From Mobula hypostoma (Eukaryota), in assembly GCF_963921235.1 (NCBI RefSeq), contig NC_086109.1, positions 35,962,001 through 36,026,000 on the forward strand: DNA of 64,000 nt, written 5' to 3'. Shown here piece by piece: positions 1-13,030 of the stretch (its first letter is position 1; each line of letters starts with the position of its first letter). The position numbers were made by a program, and so were the translations under genes. The notes under the pieces were generated by a model. The model did no database searches and was not told the origin of the DNA. It worked only from the letters and a program-made list of their open reading frames with translations.

Positions 1-205
1 CTTCACCATTCCCTATTCCAGTTTTTCTCTCTCTCACCTTATCTCCGATTTACTTATCACCTCTCTCTGGTGCTCATCCTCTTTCCCTTTCATCCATGGT
101 CTTCTAACCCCTTCTATCCTCAGATTTCCCCTTCTCCAGTCCTTTATCTCTTTCCCCTATCAACTTCCCAACTCTTTACTTCACCCCTCCCTCCGTATCA
201 TTTTC

Positions 206-2240
206 TTTTTTTTTTAATTTTATTTTTATTTGGATAAGGAATTCACAATTATCATGTACTTTTTTCACACATATAACCTTTTCCATTTTTTTATATGTAT
301 AAAACTACAATTATTTATACATTCTTAAGTACACATTGAGATGATATAAAAGGAAAATAAACATTTAAATAGATAATTATGTACTGTGGTAAATCTAACC
401 TATTAGGCTAAGTAATGAAATTAGTTGTTAAGAAAAATGTTAATAATAGTTTCCATACAACCCTTCTGGACCATTTCCACTGGTCCAAAATGTTGCATAC
501 AAGCCTATATACCAACCATTGTAGGTGTTTATATCCCAATTTGTTCGTGCTTGTTCCTGCCCGCAGACATAATTATCCAATCCCTATGTACTTATTTACT
601 TAATTTTTTCATTTTTTTTTATCCCTTTCCCAAATCTTTCCCTTTACTTGTGTTAATTCTCTATTTTCCAAAAAAAAACAAACATTTAGACTAGGGGTGC
701 TTACATTAGCAATATTACTGTGTTGATGAGAAGAGCAATATAAATCATTAGGAGAGTCATCTAAAGTCTGCTCGCATTGGGGTTATATATTCAATCCATT
801 TATTCCAAATTTGATAAAATGTTTCTTTTTGAGTTCTCAGGGAGTAAGTCAACTTTTCCATTTTAAATATTTCCAAGATAATTTCGTACCAATCTTCTAA
901 TGTAGGTGGTATTGGATTTAGCCATTTTCTAGTGATTGATTTCTTACTTGCCGCTAAGAGGGCCTGCAGCAACTTTATATCTTCCTTCTGTTCAAGGAAT
1001 AATACATGCCCCAAATAGAGCGTCTCAAAGTTCAGAGGTATCTGGGACCTAAGTACCTTAACTAATATTCTATGAATACCTTCCCAAAATAGACTTAATT
1101 TAGGGCAATCCCAGAAAATATGAAAATGATTTGCCTCCTTGGAGCCGCACCTTCTCCAACACATCACATTTGTATCTTTATATTTTTCCTGATATGGGGT
1201 CTTGAAGTATCTTATAATGTTTTTCCAACAATGTTCTCTCCAAGTCAAAGAATTAGTCGAGGACCATTGAAAGCTGCAGATTTTCCCCCAAGCCTCCTCT
1301 GAAAGTACCAACCCCGCTTCTTTCTCCCACTTCTCTTTAATATACAGTGTATTTACATTTTTAGCATGGGAGAGTGCATTATATAGGCGAGAAACTGATT
1401 TGCTAGGTATTGAACTGCAAGCCGAATTCAGAATCTTGAAAAATTCTAATTCTACTGTTGATAGGTCTGTATATCTACAACTCTGGTTAACATAGTTTCG
1501 TATTTGAAGGTACCTAAAAAAGTCATTATGTTCTAGGCCATGTTTGTCCTGCAGGATTTGGAAACTTTGTAATACTCTTTTATCTATAAATGAGAGGTAG
1601 GTTGTAAGACCTTTCTTTATCCATAGCTCAAATCTTTTATCTCCTCTGTTGGGAAGGAATTCGGTATCATATGCACACCATCTAAAGAGTTTTAACATGT
1701 TATTAATTCCACATGAATTAACCATCTTCTGCCATACTTTTAATGTAAGATTTATCCAAACATTATTAAATTTTTCCAACTGGGCCATCAATCCTTTGTC
1801 AGCTATTGAGGCCTGAAGAGGAAAACTGTCAACTAATCCAAATTCTATTTCCTTCCATCTAGCCTTATATTCCCTATTACACCAATATAACAGAGGGGTT
1901 ATCTGTGAGGCATAAAAATAATTTCTCAGGCAAGGAAGAACCATACCTCCTCCTTCCTTCCCTAACTGTAAGGTGTTATATCAAATTCTAGGTTTCCTTC
2001 CTTGCCAAATGAAGCAGGAAATCCATTTGTCCCATTCCCTGAATTGATTATCTTCCACCTCCACTGGTAAAGTACGGAAAAGATATAATAACCGAGGAAG
2101 AATATTCATTTTTATAGTATTTATCCTTGAATTTAAACTTAAAAAGGGGATAAGATTCCATCTATGCATATCTGCTTTTATCTCTGAGATTAATGGCCCA
2201 TAATTTACCTGTGACAGTGTTGAAAGATCCTTCGGCAGGG
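206..2240 (-). mobile_element. 5'-truncated L1-clade LINE (3' end of ORF2, 3' UTR, A-rich tail)
   Basis: ORFs 1981-2169 (SRINTIKMNILPRLLYLF) and 757-1944 (C-terminal CCHC knuckle CWRRCGSKEANHFHIFWDC) are in the same frame, separated by one TGA. A T-rich tail lies at 206-230 on +. An 18-bp TSD tccctccgtatcattttc occurs at 188-205 and 2241-2258. Confidence 0.92.
757..2169 (-). pseudogene. L1 ORF2 C-terminal portion (post-RT region and zinc knuckle) with one in-frame stop
   Basis: Translated motifs typical of fish-type L1 ORF2; stop at 1981-1983. Confidence 0.85.
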
Positions 2241-3789
2241 TCCCTCCGTATCATTTTCACTGATCACCTACAACCTTGAACTTCTTCCTCTCCTCCCCCA
2301 ACCTTCTTAGCCAGACTTCTCATTTCTTTTTCCAGTCCTGATGAAGGGTCTTGGCCCAAAATGTTGTCTGTTTACTCTTTTTCATAGATGCTGCCTGGTC
2401 TGCTGAGTTCCTTCAGCAATTTGTGTATGCTACTAGGAACAGATTTTGTAAGGCTAGGAAGGTTGCTTGTGTTTTCTTTCAAAGGTCACAGTTTAGAAAT
2501 AGATTATCAGATTCTACCACAGGAGAAGTATAAAAATGGGTTATTGGGTTGTGCAGTACTCTTTCAATCATAGTTATAGTTTGTGAACCAGCACATCAGT
2601 TTTCTGAATAGCGGAATGTCAATACTGAACGTGAGGTGACATTTTTCAATGTTGTCTGCTTTGAAGCAACTTCATTGATTTTAGAGTAATTTTGCAGGAG
2701 CATTAAGTATATCTGTAATGTCAAAGCAGGGGCCAAGAGAATATAAGTTCTTGCCTTGATTTCCAAAAATCTTTAGTCTTTATCTGTTAAATAACGGAAG
2801 AAAAGAATGCTTGGTTCCAAAACTAAGTAGAAGTTATGAGCATCAACTAAAATTGGATCTCAACAATTGTACAAACATTAAGGATAGTATTAAGTATGCT
2901 TTTAACATTAGAAGGAGAAGTTTAAAGGCCATAAGAGAAACAAGTTTTCATGGAGAGCGTGGCTGGTGGTGTCTTTTAGATAGACACATGATTATGAAGG
3001 GAATAGAGGGATATGGATGATGAAGAAGATGAGGAAATTTAGTATAAATTGGCAACGATCTAGATTGGCACAACAACATGGTATGAGTGGTCTGTCCAGT
3101 GCTGTGCTGTTCTATGCTCAATAGTAGTAGTGGTGGGTAGGATGCCAGAGAGAATGAAACTGAAAGTTATGTTAAGTAAATGTAATCAGTTATGCAAGTG
3201 ATGGTTAGAAATTCCATAGTAGTGGAAAATCAATAAAAGAGGGTTAAATGAAAGAAAAGCATAGCTTATAGCAGGTGTAGAGAACTGAAAACAGGGGAGT
3301 AGAGAATCCGTAAAGGGGTACTTAAAATAATTTGAAGGGCAGAGGGGGAAGCAGCATAACACTCGTGGGCAGTTGCTATCTGCCCATTAAGTTTCCCCCA
3401 GCAGCTCACTTTTGCTCGAGGTTCCACCATCTGCAGTCTCTTGTGTCTCTGTGCAAACATAGCTTTGGTGTTTTCATCTATGTCATTGATATTGATTATA
3501 AAAATCTGAGGCCCCAAAATCATTCCCTGTGGCACAACCTGACAACCAGGAAACGAAGCAGTTACATTCTCTTGGTTGCTTTAGGAGAGCAAATCTTCTA
3601 ATCATGCCAATAACCTACCTCCTACATAATGAGATTTTATTTTATCTAATTACCATTGTTGCAGCATCAAAATAAAGATTTCATCAGGCTTGTGTGAGGT
3701 AAAGTATCTTGAAAGATACTCTCACTCTTTTCTTATTTGCTCATTCCTCAAACTTTAGGCCATAGTAATTTAATGAGCGTTTTGTATTG

Positions 3790-6700
3790 TGACCTCCAGT
3801 CTCCTAGATAAACACATTTGCACCAGGTGCACCGAGTTGCAGCTCCTGAGAAAATGTATTAAGGAACTGGAGCTGCAGCTCGATGACCTTCAGCTCATAT
3901 GGGAGAACGAGGAGGTGATAGACAGGAGCTACAGGGAGGTAATTACCCCTAGGTTGCAGGAGACAGGTAACTGGGTGGCTATCAGGAGAAGGAGGGGAAT
4001 TGCATAGCCAGTGCAGAGTACACCTGTGGCCATTCCCCTCAATACTAAGTATACAACTTTAGATTCTATGAGGGGGCTGACTTACTGGGAGGAGCCACAG
4101 TGACCAGGTCTCTGGCACTGAGTCTGGTTCTGTGGCTCAGAAGAACAGACAGGTGAAGACGACTGCCACATTGATAGACGATTCCTTAGTCAGAGAGTCA
4201 GAGAAATAGAGACTAGGTTCTGTGGGTGTGATAGAGATACCCAGACGGTATGTTACCTCCCTGTTGCCATGATCAGGGATGTCTCAAATTGGATCCAAGG
4301 TATTCTCAAGGGTGAGGGTGAGCAGCCAGAAGTCTTGGTACATATCGGCACCAATAACATAGCTAGACAAGCTGAGAAGGTCCTGAAGAGAGATTTTAGG
4401 GAGCTTGGTAGAAATTTGAGAAATGTGGTCTCTAGGGTAGTAATCTCTGGATTGCTGCCTGTGCCACGTGCAAGTGAGGGTAAGAATAGGATGATTTGCC
4501 AGGTGAATACGTGGCTGAGGAATAGGTGCAGGGGGCAGGGGTTCAGATTTACAGATCATTGGAATCTCTTCTGGGGATGGTATGACCTGTACAAAAGAAT
4601 GGGTTACACATGAACCCGAGGAGGTCCAATATTCTTGTGAGCAGGTTGGCTAGAGTTGTTCAGATATGTTTAAACTAATTTGGCAGGGGAATGGAAACTG
4701 GAGTGATGGTGCTGAAGTTCAGGAAATGTGCAGTAAGACTTCTAGCAAGGAGAGACAGATTATAGGGAAAAATTGCGGTCAACAGGTTTTGCAATGTAAA
4801 AGGCAGGCTAAAGTGGAAAGTGTGAATAAAGGATTAAGAGTGTTTTATATGAATGCACGCGGTATATGGAATAAGGTGGATGAACTTAAAGCACAGATAC
4901 AGATTGGCATGTATGATGTTGTAGGCATCACTGAATCATGGCCGAAAAATGATTATAGCTAGGAGCTTAATATCCTGGGATACACATTGTATTGAGAGGT
5001 CAGGCAGGAACCAAAGGGGGTGGTATTGTTCTGCTGGTAAAAAAAAATGAAATTAAATAATTCAAAAGAGGTGACATTGGGTCAGAAAATGTTGGAATCG
5101 TTGTGAATAGAACGAAGGAACTGCAAGGGTAAAAAGACCCTGACGGGAGTTGTATACAAATCCCCAACCAGTAGTAAATATGTGGTCTACAAATATCGAA
5201 GGGAGATAGAAAATGCATGCCAAAAGAGTAATGTTATAATAGTCATGGGGGATTTCAAAATGCAGACAGATTGGGAAAATCAGGTTGGCGCTGGATTCCA
5301 AGAGTGATAATTTCTAGAACACTTATGAGGTGGCTTTTTAGAGCAGCTTGTAGTTGAGTGCACTAGGGAATCAGCTATTCTAAATTGGGTGTTATGCAAT
5401 GAACTGGAATTGATCAGAGAGTTTAAGGTCAAAGAACCCTTAGGGGCAAGTGATCTTAATATGATAGAATTCTCCTTGCAGTTACAGAAGGGGAAACTGA
5501 AGTCAGATGTATCAGTATTTCAGTGGAGTAAAGAGAATTACAGAGGCATGAGAGAGGAATCAGCCAGAATTGATTGGGAAAGAACACTGGTAGGGATGAC
5601 AGCAGAGTCGAAATGGCTGGAATTTCTGCAAGCGGTTCTGAAGGCACAGGATATATACACCCCAAAGACGTAGAATTCTAAAGCCAAGATGACAGAACAA
5701 TGGCTAACAAAAGAAGTCATAGCCAACATAAAAGCCAAAAAGAGGGCCCATAATAAAGCAAAAATTAGTGGGAAGTTAGAGGATTGGGAAGCTTTTAAAA
5801 ACCAGCAGAAAGCAAGTAAAAAGTCCTTAAGAAGGTAAAGATGGAATGTGAAAGTAAGCTAACCAATAATATTAAAGAGGATACCAGAAGTTCTAGAGAT
5901 ACATGAAATATAAGAGAGAGGTGAGAGTGGATATCGGAGCTTTGCAAAATGAGGTTGGAGTGGTAGTAATGGGGGACAAGGAAATGGCGGATGAATTGAA
6001 TAAGTGTTTTGCAGATGTTCGAGAGTGTCAGGGGGCAGAAGTGTGATAAGTTACCATTACTAGGGAGAAGGTTCTTGATAAACTGAAAGGTCTGAAGGTA
6101 GATAAGTCATCTGTACCAGATGATGTGCACCCCAGGGTTCTGAAAGAGGTTGATGAAGAGATTATGGAGGCATTAGTAATGTTCTTTCAAAAATCACTAG
6201 ATTCTGGAATGTTTCCGGAAGACTAGAAAATTGCAAATATGACTCCACTCTAAAAAGGTAGAGAGGCAGAAGAAAGAAAACTATAGGCCAGTTAGTCTGA
6301 TCTCTGTGGTTGGGAAGATGTTGAAGGCAATAGTTAAGGATGTGGTTTTGGTGTACTTGGCTGCATATGATAAAATAAGAAGTAGTCAGCATGGTTTCCT
6401 GGAGGGATAATCTTGCCTAACAAATCTGTGGAATTCTTTGAAGAAATAACAAGCAGGATAGACAAAGGAGAATTGGTTGATATTGTGTACCTAGATTTTT
6501 CAGAAGGCCTTTGACAAGGTAACCCACATGATGCTGCTTAATGAGCTACAAACCCATGGTATTACAGTAAAGATCCTATCATGGATACAGCAGTGGCTGA
6601 TTGGCAGGAGGCAAAGAGTAGGAATAAAGGGAACCTTTTCTGTCTGGCTGCTGGTGACTAGTGGTGTTCCACAGGGATCTGAATCGGGACTGATGTTTTT

Positions 6701-7630
6701 TACATTATATGTCAATGATTTGGTTGATGATGGAATTGATGGCTTTGTTGCAAAATTTGCAGATGATACAAAGATAGGTGGAGGGGCAGGTAGTTTTGAG
6801 GAAACAGAAAGGCTACATAAGGATTTAGACATATTAGGAGAAAGGGCAAAGATATGGCAGATGAAATACTGTGTTGGGAGTGTATGGTCATGCAGTTTGC
6901 TAGAAGAAATTATAAGGCTGACTATTTTGCAGGATTCCTTCAAGGTTAATTTGCAGGTTGAGTCTATGGTGAGAAAGGCAAATGAGATATTAGCATTCAC
7001 TTCAAGAGGACTAAAATATAAAAGCAAGGATGTAATTTTGAGACTTTATAAAGCACTGGTGAGGTCTCACTGGAGTGTTATGAGCAGTTTGGGGTCCCTT
7101 ATTTTAGAAAGGATGTACTGAAACAGGAGAGGGTTCAAATGAGGTTCACGAAAATTATTCCAGGATTGAAGTGAGTTTGATGTCTCTGGGCCTGTATTCA
7201 CTAGAATTCAGAAGGATAAGGGATGACCTAATTGAAACCTATCAAGTGGTCACTGGCCTTGATAGAGTGAATGTGGAGAGGATGCTTCTTATGGTGAGAG
7301 AGTCTATGACCAGAGGATACAGTGTCAGAATAGCAAGGTGTCCTTTTAGAATGGAGAGGAGGAGGATTTTTTTTTGCCTGAGAGTAGTGTATCTATGGAA
7401 TTTATTGCCTCAGGCGCTGTGAAGGCCAAGTCTTTATGTATATTTAAGGCAGAGTATGATAGATTCTTGATTAGTCTGGACATGAAGGGATACAGGGTTG
7501 GTGGAGGGGTGGAGAAGGCAGGAGATTGGGGCTGCGAGGAAAGATGAATCAGCCATGATGAAATGGCAGAGCAGACTCAATGAGCCAAATGGCCTAATTC
7601 TGCTCCTATATCTTATGTTCTTACGGTCTT
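3790..7630 (+). mobile_element. Near full-length decayed CR1 LINE (ORF1 zinc finger + SGNH esterase; ORF2 APE endonuclease + RT)
   Basis: ORF1 shows HICTRCTELQLL and PEVLVHIGTNN...VISGLLPVP. EN shows YMNARGIWNK...VGITESW and LGASDLNMIEF. RT shows SGVPQGS...FADDTK. The 3' tail is ggcctaattctgctcctatatcttatgttcttacggtctta. Many stops and frameshifts. Confidence 0.93.
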
Positions 7631-8059
7631 AAGACTTATCACTTACTCATCCAAATTGTGCTGGAAGAAATCAAGAGGTGGGGCAAAATGACATGGTTCA
7701 TTCAGAGCTGAGTGTCATCAGTCCCTAACTCTTCTCTTCTATTATCAAACAGAACAAGTTATGCATACTAATACAAAATAAACATGCAGAACAAGTGATT
7801 ATGAAAGCGTCAGGAAAATTCTGTATTCATGTCAATAAAACTAGCAAAATAAATCTCAGCAATCAATACTTCCCTAATCTAATCTTATTTTCCATTTTAG
7901 CAAAATTGTTCAGTATATATAATCACAAACCTTCAAGTGCATTAACAAGGAAAAAACAATTTATGAGAAATTGAAAATGGGTTACTCAGCATCTGGGAAA
8001 CAGTTCGTCCGGAGATGATCAAAAGTAGTAGTAGGCAAAGTGACCTCACAGACCTGTTT

Positions 8060-8245
8060 GTCCTCTCCCCTTCCCCTTTCCTTCTAACTCCGACTCCTCA
8101 TCTTTTGTTCTCCAGTCCTGATGAAGGGTCTCAGCCCGAATCATAGACTGTACTCTTTGCCATAGATGCTGCCTGACCTGCTGAGCTCCTCCAGCATTTT
8201 GTGTGACTTACTTGGATTTTCAGTGTCTGCAGATTTTCTCGCTTG
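8060..8245 (+). mobile_element. Short PLE terminal-repeat relic containing a hammerhead-like motif
   Basis: ccagtcctgatgaagggtctcagcccgaa...atagatgctgcctgacctgctgagctcctccagcattttgtgtg. Confidence 0.7.
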
Positions 8246-8599
8246 TCACGGACCTGCTTCGTCATTTGATAAAACCATTGATAATTTCATACCTCATTAT
8301 TATTTTCCTTTTTATAACATTTCCATTCCTTTCATGCCAATGAATCTATCGATCTCTGTATTAAATATATTGAACAGCTGAGTCTCCACAATCCTATTGG
8401 ATAATGAATTCCTAACATTCACACTCTTCATACATCCTGGATGGGCACTTCCAAAGTTTATGACCATTGCTAACAGCTCTAAATACCCCAGCCAGGGAAA
8501 AAAAAAGCATTATCCCTTTTACTTCCAGTTTCCAGCATCTGCAGTGTTTTATCTTTTGATCATAGGGATGAAGTTAAGGCCAACCAAGTCAATTTAAGG

Positions 8600-8970
8600 T
8601 GCACATAAGTTCCGTTTAAATCTTTCCCCTCTCAACTTAAATCTACAGTATGCCTTCTAGCTTTGGATTTTCCTACCCTGGAGAAAAAGACTGTTACCAT
8701 CTACCTTAATCATGTCTCTCATAATTTTAACCATTTTTATAGGGTCATCCTTATTGTCCTACGTTTAAAGAATAAAGACCTAGCCTGCCCCTCCTCTCCC
8801 TGTGGCTCAGGCTTTCTAGTCCTGGAAACACCTTCAAAAATATTTTCTGCACTTTTACCAGTTTGAGCATATCTTTCCCGTAACAGGGTGAGCAAAACTG
8901 TACTCCAAGTGCAGCCTCACAATACAGCTGAAACATAATACTCCAACTCCAATACTCAGGGTCCTGACTG
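8600..8970 (-). mobile_element. CR1 3' fragment
   Basis: The minus frame resembles the CR1 ORF2 C-terminus (VQFCSPCYGKD...LESLSHRERRGRLGLYSL). Confidence 0.6.
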
Positions 8971-9076
8971 ATGAATGCTACATGCCTTTTGTGGATATTA
9001 GATGCAATCTGTACATGTTGTGCTTTGCAGATTCTATAAATGCACTGAAGCGAGAAGGTTCAATGGAGAGAGTTGT

Positions 9077-9243
9077 AGACATAGAGGTACTGTAGATGCT
9101 GGAAATCTAGAGCAATACACACAATGTGCTGGTGGAGCTCAGCATATCCTGATGAAGGGTCTCAGCCCAAAATGCTGATTGCTTATTCCCATCTATAGAT
9201 GCCGCCTGACCTTCAGAACTCCTCTGGCACAATGTCTGGATTG
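9077..9243. mobile_element. Short inverted PLE-terminus unit (minus half followed by plus half with hammerhead motif)
   Basis: agatgctggaaatctagagcaatacacacaatgtgctggtggagctcagca (reverse terminus) is followed by cctgatgaagggtctcagccc. The unit is flanked by near-repeats caatggagagagttgt and caatggagtgagtagt. Confidence 0.6.
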
Positions 9244-9480
9244 TACAATGGAGTGAGTAGTTTATTAGAAATTTTATAATTTATGATCTCACTCTTATTT
9301 CGCTATTTTTACTTTCAGAATCTGAGTATGTTCAAATAAGCACACGGTGGAAAACAACAGAAGTTTGAATGCACATATCTTAAACATTTCAAAGACTTTT
9401 GAAAGGATATATTCTGTTCACCAAATGCTTCCCTGATGATTTATTATTCCAGTTTTTATTCCCACTTCACCTGGACTGGA

Positions 9481-10527
9481 CTAGAGAGATGTCCTCCTTC
9501 TTCAAAGAAAGAGGCTTCCCTTCCTCAAAGCATTAACACTGCCCTCACCTGCATCTCTTTCATCTCACTCATGTCTGCTCTCACCACCCCACCAGGGATA
9601 GGGTCTCTCTTGTCCTCACCTTCCACCCCACCAACCTCCCTATCCAGTACATAATTCTCCACAAGTTCTGCCATCTCCAGCAGGATCCAACCACCAAGCA
9701 CATCTTTCCCTACGCAACTCCCTTGTCCATTCATTCTTCCCCACTGATCTCCCTCCTGGCACTTATCATTGCAAGTGAAACAAGCGCTACACCTGCCCTT
9801 ACACCTCCATCCTCACTGCTATTCAGGGTCCCAAACAGTCCTTCCAAGTGAGCTGACACTTCACCTGTGATTCTATTGGGGGTCATCTACTGTATCTGGT
9901 GCTCCCAGTGTGGACTCCAGTATGTTGGTAAGATCCAATGTAGATTTGGAGAACGCTTCACCAAGCACTAACACTCCGTCCACCGGATCTCCCAGCGGCC
10001 ACCCATTCTAATTCTACTTCCCATTCCCAATCTGACATGTCAGTCCATGGCCTCCTCTACTGTCGCAATGAGGCCATACTCTGGTTGGAGGAGGAACGCC
10101 TTATATTTCACCAGGGTAGTCTCCAACCTGACGGCTTGAAGTAATGGCCCCCCTTCACCATTCCACATTCCCATTTCCCTCTCTCACCTTATCTCCTTAC
10201 CTGCCCATCACCTCTCTCTGGTGCTTCTCCCCCTTCCCTTTCTTCCATGGCCTTCTGTCCTCTCTTACCAGATTCGCTCCTCTCCAGCCCTTTAGCTCTT
10301 TCACGAGTCGATTTCCCAGCTCTTTATTTCACCCCTCCGCCTCTCCAGGTTTCACCTATCACCTACCACCTTGGATTCCTTCCATGCCTCCCTGTACCTT
10401 CTTACTTTGACTTCTCATCTTTTTTCTCCAGTCCCAATGAGGGATATTGGCCTGAAACATCAGCTGTTTACTCTCTTCCTTAGATGCTGCCTGGCCTGCT
10501 GATTTCCCCAGCACATTGTGTGTATTA
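9481..10527 (+). mobile_element. 5'-truncated Penelope-like element (end of RT region, GIY-YIG endonuclease, terminal repeat)
   Basis: It begins REMSSFFKERGFP. A GIY-YIG-like segment (GVIYCIWCSQCGLQYVG) lies near 9880-9930. It is homologous to the reverse complement of 54376-55841. Confidence 0.85.
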
Positions 10528-11179
10528 TTCAATAGAGTGAGTAGTTTATTACAAATTTTATCATTTATGATCATGCTCTTATTTCACTGATTTTAATTTC
10601 AGAATCATGAGTATCTTCAAATAAGCACATGATGAAAACAATATAAATTTGAATGCATATATCAAACTTTTCAAAGACTTTTGAAAGGACATATTCTGTT
10701 CACCAAATGCCAGTGTGCCGTTTCTTCCCTGGTGATATTTTATTCCAGTTTTTATTCCCACTTCACCTGGGCTGAGCATTTATAATTGGAAGCACAGTGT
10801 GTGGGAAATTGCTGTTAAAACCCATGACCTATCATTCCACACCATTGTATCACTCCGTTCATTCTTTAATCATCGTTGTTTGCACCTCTCTTCATTATCC
10901 TGTTTTTAACCTATCAGTTATTGGGTTCCATAATATTGTAACTGCAGGTGCTCACAGGATAATTGAACACTTTGAAAACCTCCAGCAAACTGTACATCAG
11001 AGTCACTTACTCGTATGAGACTGGAGCTAACTGTGAATTAAAAGATTTCACAATTATTCCACAGAATATACCATAGTAGGAAGTAGGTCTGTGATTATAT
11101 TATATCATTTTTAGTGTCCTGGTAATGTAGGATGCTCTATTATAATCACAGTAGGTGATAATGGTGAACTACCTAGATA

Positions 11180-11465
11180 GGCACGGGGAGTGTAGCAGTT
11201 AGTGTGACACCACTACAGCTTGGGGGTGTTCTGATGATCAGAGTTCAAATCCAACACCGTGCTGAAAGGAATTTCAATGTTCTCCACATAGAATGCATGA
11301 ATTTTCCCCAGGTGCCTGAGTTTTCTCCCACAGTCCAAAGACGTAATGGGTAGGTTATTTGGTCAATGTAAATTGTCACATGAATTGGGTTTGTTGGGGA
11401 TTGCTGGGACATTACGGCTCAAAGGACTGGAAAGCCTACTCCATGCTGTCACTAAATAAAATAAA
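11180..11465 (+). mobile_element. tRNA-derived V-SINE (HE1-like)
   Basis: A-box-like gtgtagcagttag and B-box-like gagttcaaatcc, then the V-domain-like ttttccccaggtgcctgagttttctcccacagtccaaagacgt, then an A-rich tail. Confidence 0.7.
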
Positions 11466-12019
11466 TATATAAACTGTTCTGGCCTAGTAATATATTGCTT
11501 TCCTTTGTAATCATTTTTATTTAATTATTTCGTCATTTAGGTTCCCTGAGGTATTGGTCATTTCAGCTGATATAACAAATAAAATGCTTGATATTGGATG
11601 GTTCCTTGCAAGCTCTCTGTACAAGTCAAGGCTTTAACACCACCCACGTATCTCTGTCCCCTGCTCATTCCCACCCCACCACCTCCCTCCACAAGATACT
11701 ACCATCTCCAGCCCATTTTGTGATAATCAGGTACATGGAAGTATCTTCATTGTACATTACTGTTAGAAATTCAGATGTGAAACTATGGTTCAGCCACCTG
11801 CAGTCATTGCACAGCAGAGAACTGGCACTGTCTGTTGTGCACAGCTGTGGAGTTCAATCTTTTCCTGTCATATTTCTATGGGGATGATGCTATTAAGTGA
11901 CAAAGAAAATTACCCTCTATGCTGATACCAAACTCCATGGAGAGTTGATTCATACCTCAACCTTTGATCTGTTCTCATTTAGTTTATGCTTCTCACTTTT
12001 AGTTTCCTCCATATTCATT

Positions 12020-12410
12020 CTTGCCTCCAAGAGGACCACAACCTTGCTGTTGGGTTTGGAGGCTTGAGTGCCTCAATGACCCAGAGAGCTATCTCCGCAG
12101 AAGGCAGGGCTTTATGCTTTGGCTCTTGGTAGGGTCACCCATGCCAAATAAGTCAAAGGATAGACACCAGAGGTCCATAGGTCCTCCAGACTCAGGGGCT
12201 CAGCTCAGGACTAACAACCCTGACTGGTAAAAAACAAAATTGTTGTGGAAACAGCAATGAAGAACCCTTCTATATCTGAGTTTGATGGTATTCCTGAGTT
12301 TCCACCCGGCACTTGCATGACTGAAGGAGGTGAAACCTGAGAGGAAGCCCTGAACACCACCAGAGATGGAGGACTTCCATTGCTGCCCTAAGTGCCAAAC
12401 GGCGTAATGA
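12020..12410 (+). mobile_element. Short non-autonomous RTE-like element (RTE-type 5' UTR joined to an RTE-type 3' end)
   Basis: 5' accttgctgttgggtttggaggcttgagtgcctcaatgacccagagagctat and 3' atggaggacttccattgctgccctaagtgcc resemble RTE termini as I recall them. No coding capacity. Confidence 0.45.
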
Positions 12411-12729
12411 GCAATACGATATTCATTACTGATAGAAGCTGCTAACAGTTTGGATATTTTATTTAAAGGTGGAGGTATAAAACAGAATTCCAGTAGATTC
12501 AAGGCCAAGATGGTAATGTATTACCTCAAACAACCCTTGTTAACCCACTAACCAGAGGATCTCTACAACCTGTCCGCTTGGCAATACTGGCATCGCCTTA
12601 TCGTAGATATTCTCTGTCTGTTGTCGATCGCTACACAGCCTTCTCTTCAACTTAAAGCAGACTAAAACATCAACTTTATTTCATTTTCCACAAATGTTAA
12701 TTTGCTGAGTGTTTCCGGCAATTTCTGGT

Positions 12730-13030
12730 AGGTGGTACAGCTCTGGTGAATTTGGTTTGATCTGGGTGCTCTCTGCGTGGAGTTTGCTTGGTCTTCCCCT
12801 AACTTTGTGGGTTTCTGGCTCCCCTCCACTCCCCAAGGATGAACTGGTTGGAAGGTGATTTGACTACTGTAAAATTAACTCCAATACAAGTTGGTGGCAG
12901 GTGCATACACATGGAGAAAATGGGCACTGAAGAGAGAAAAGGTTACAGGGAAATAAATGTGAGGACTTTGAGTGATGAGGTTGCTATTACAGACCCAGCA
13001 GGCTGAATCACCTCTTCCTGCATTGTGATA
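12730..13030 (+). mobile_element. Degenerate V-SINE
   Basis: tctctgcgtggagtttgc...gtgggtttctggctcccctccactccccaagga resembles the V-domain. Confidence 0.5.

Larger units (their letters stand above)
1..2430 (+). mobile_element. Penelope-like element 3' region/terminal repeat (1-205 and 2259-2430), split by the L1 insertion
   Basis: The pyrimidine-rich 3' region resembles 10150-10525. It resumes after the L1 and ends in the PLE terminal motif ccagtcctgatgaagggtc...atagatgctgcctgg...ctgctgagttc. Confidence 0.7.
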
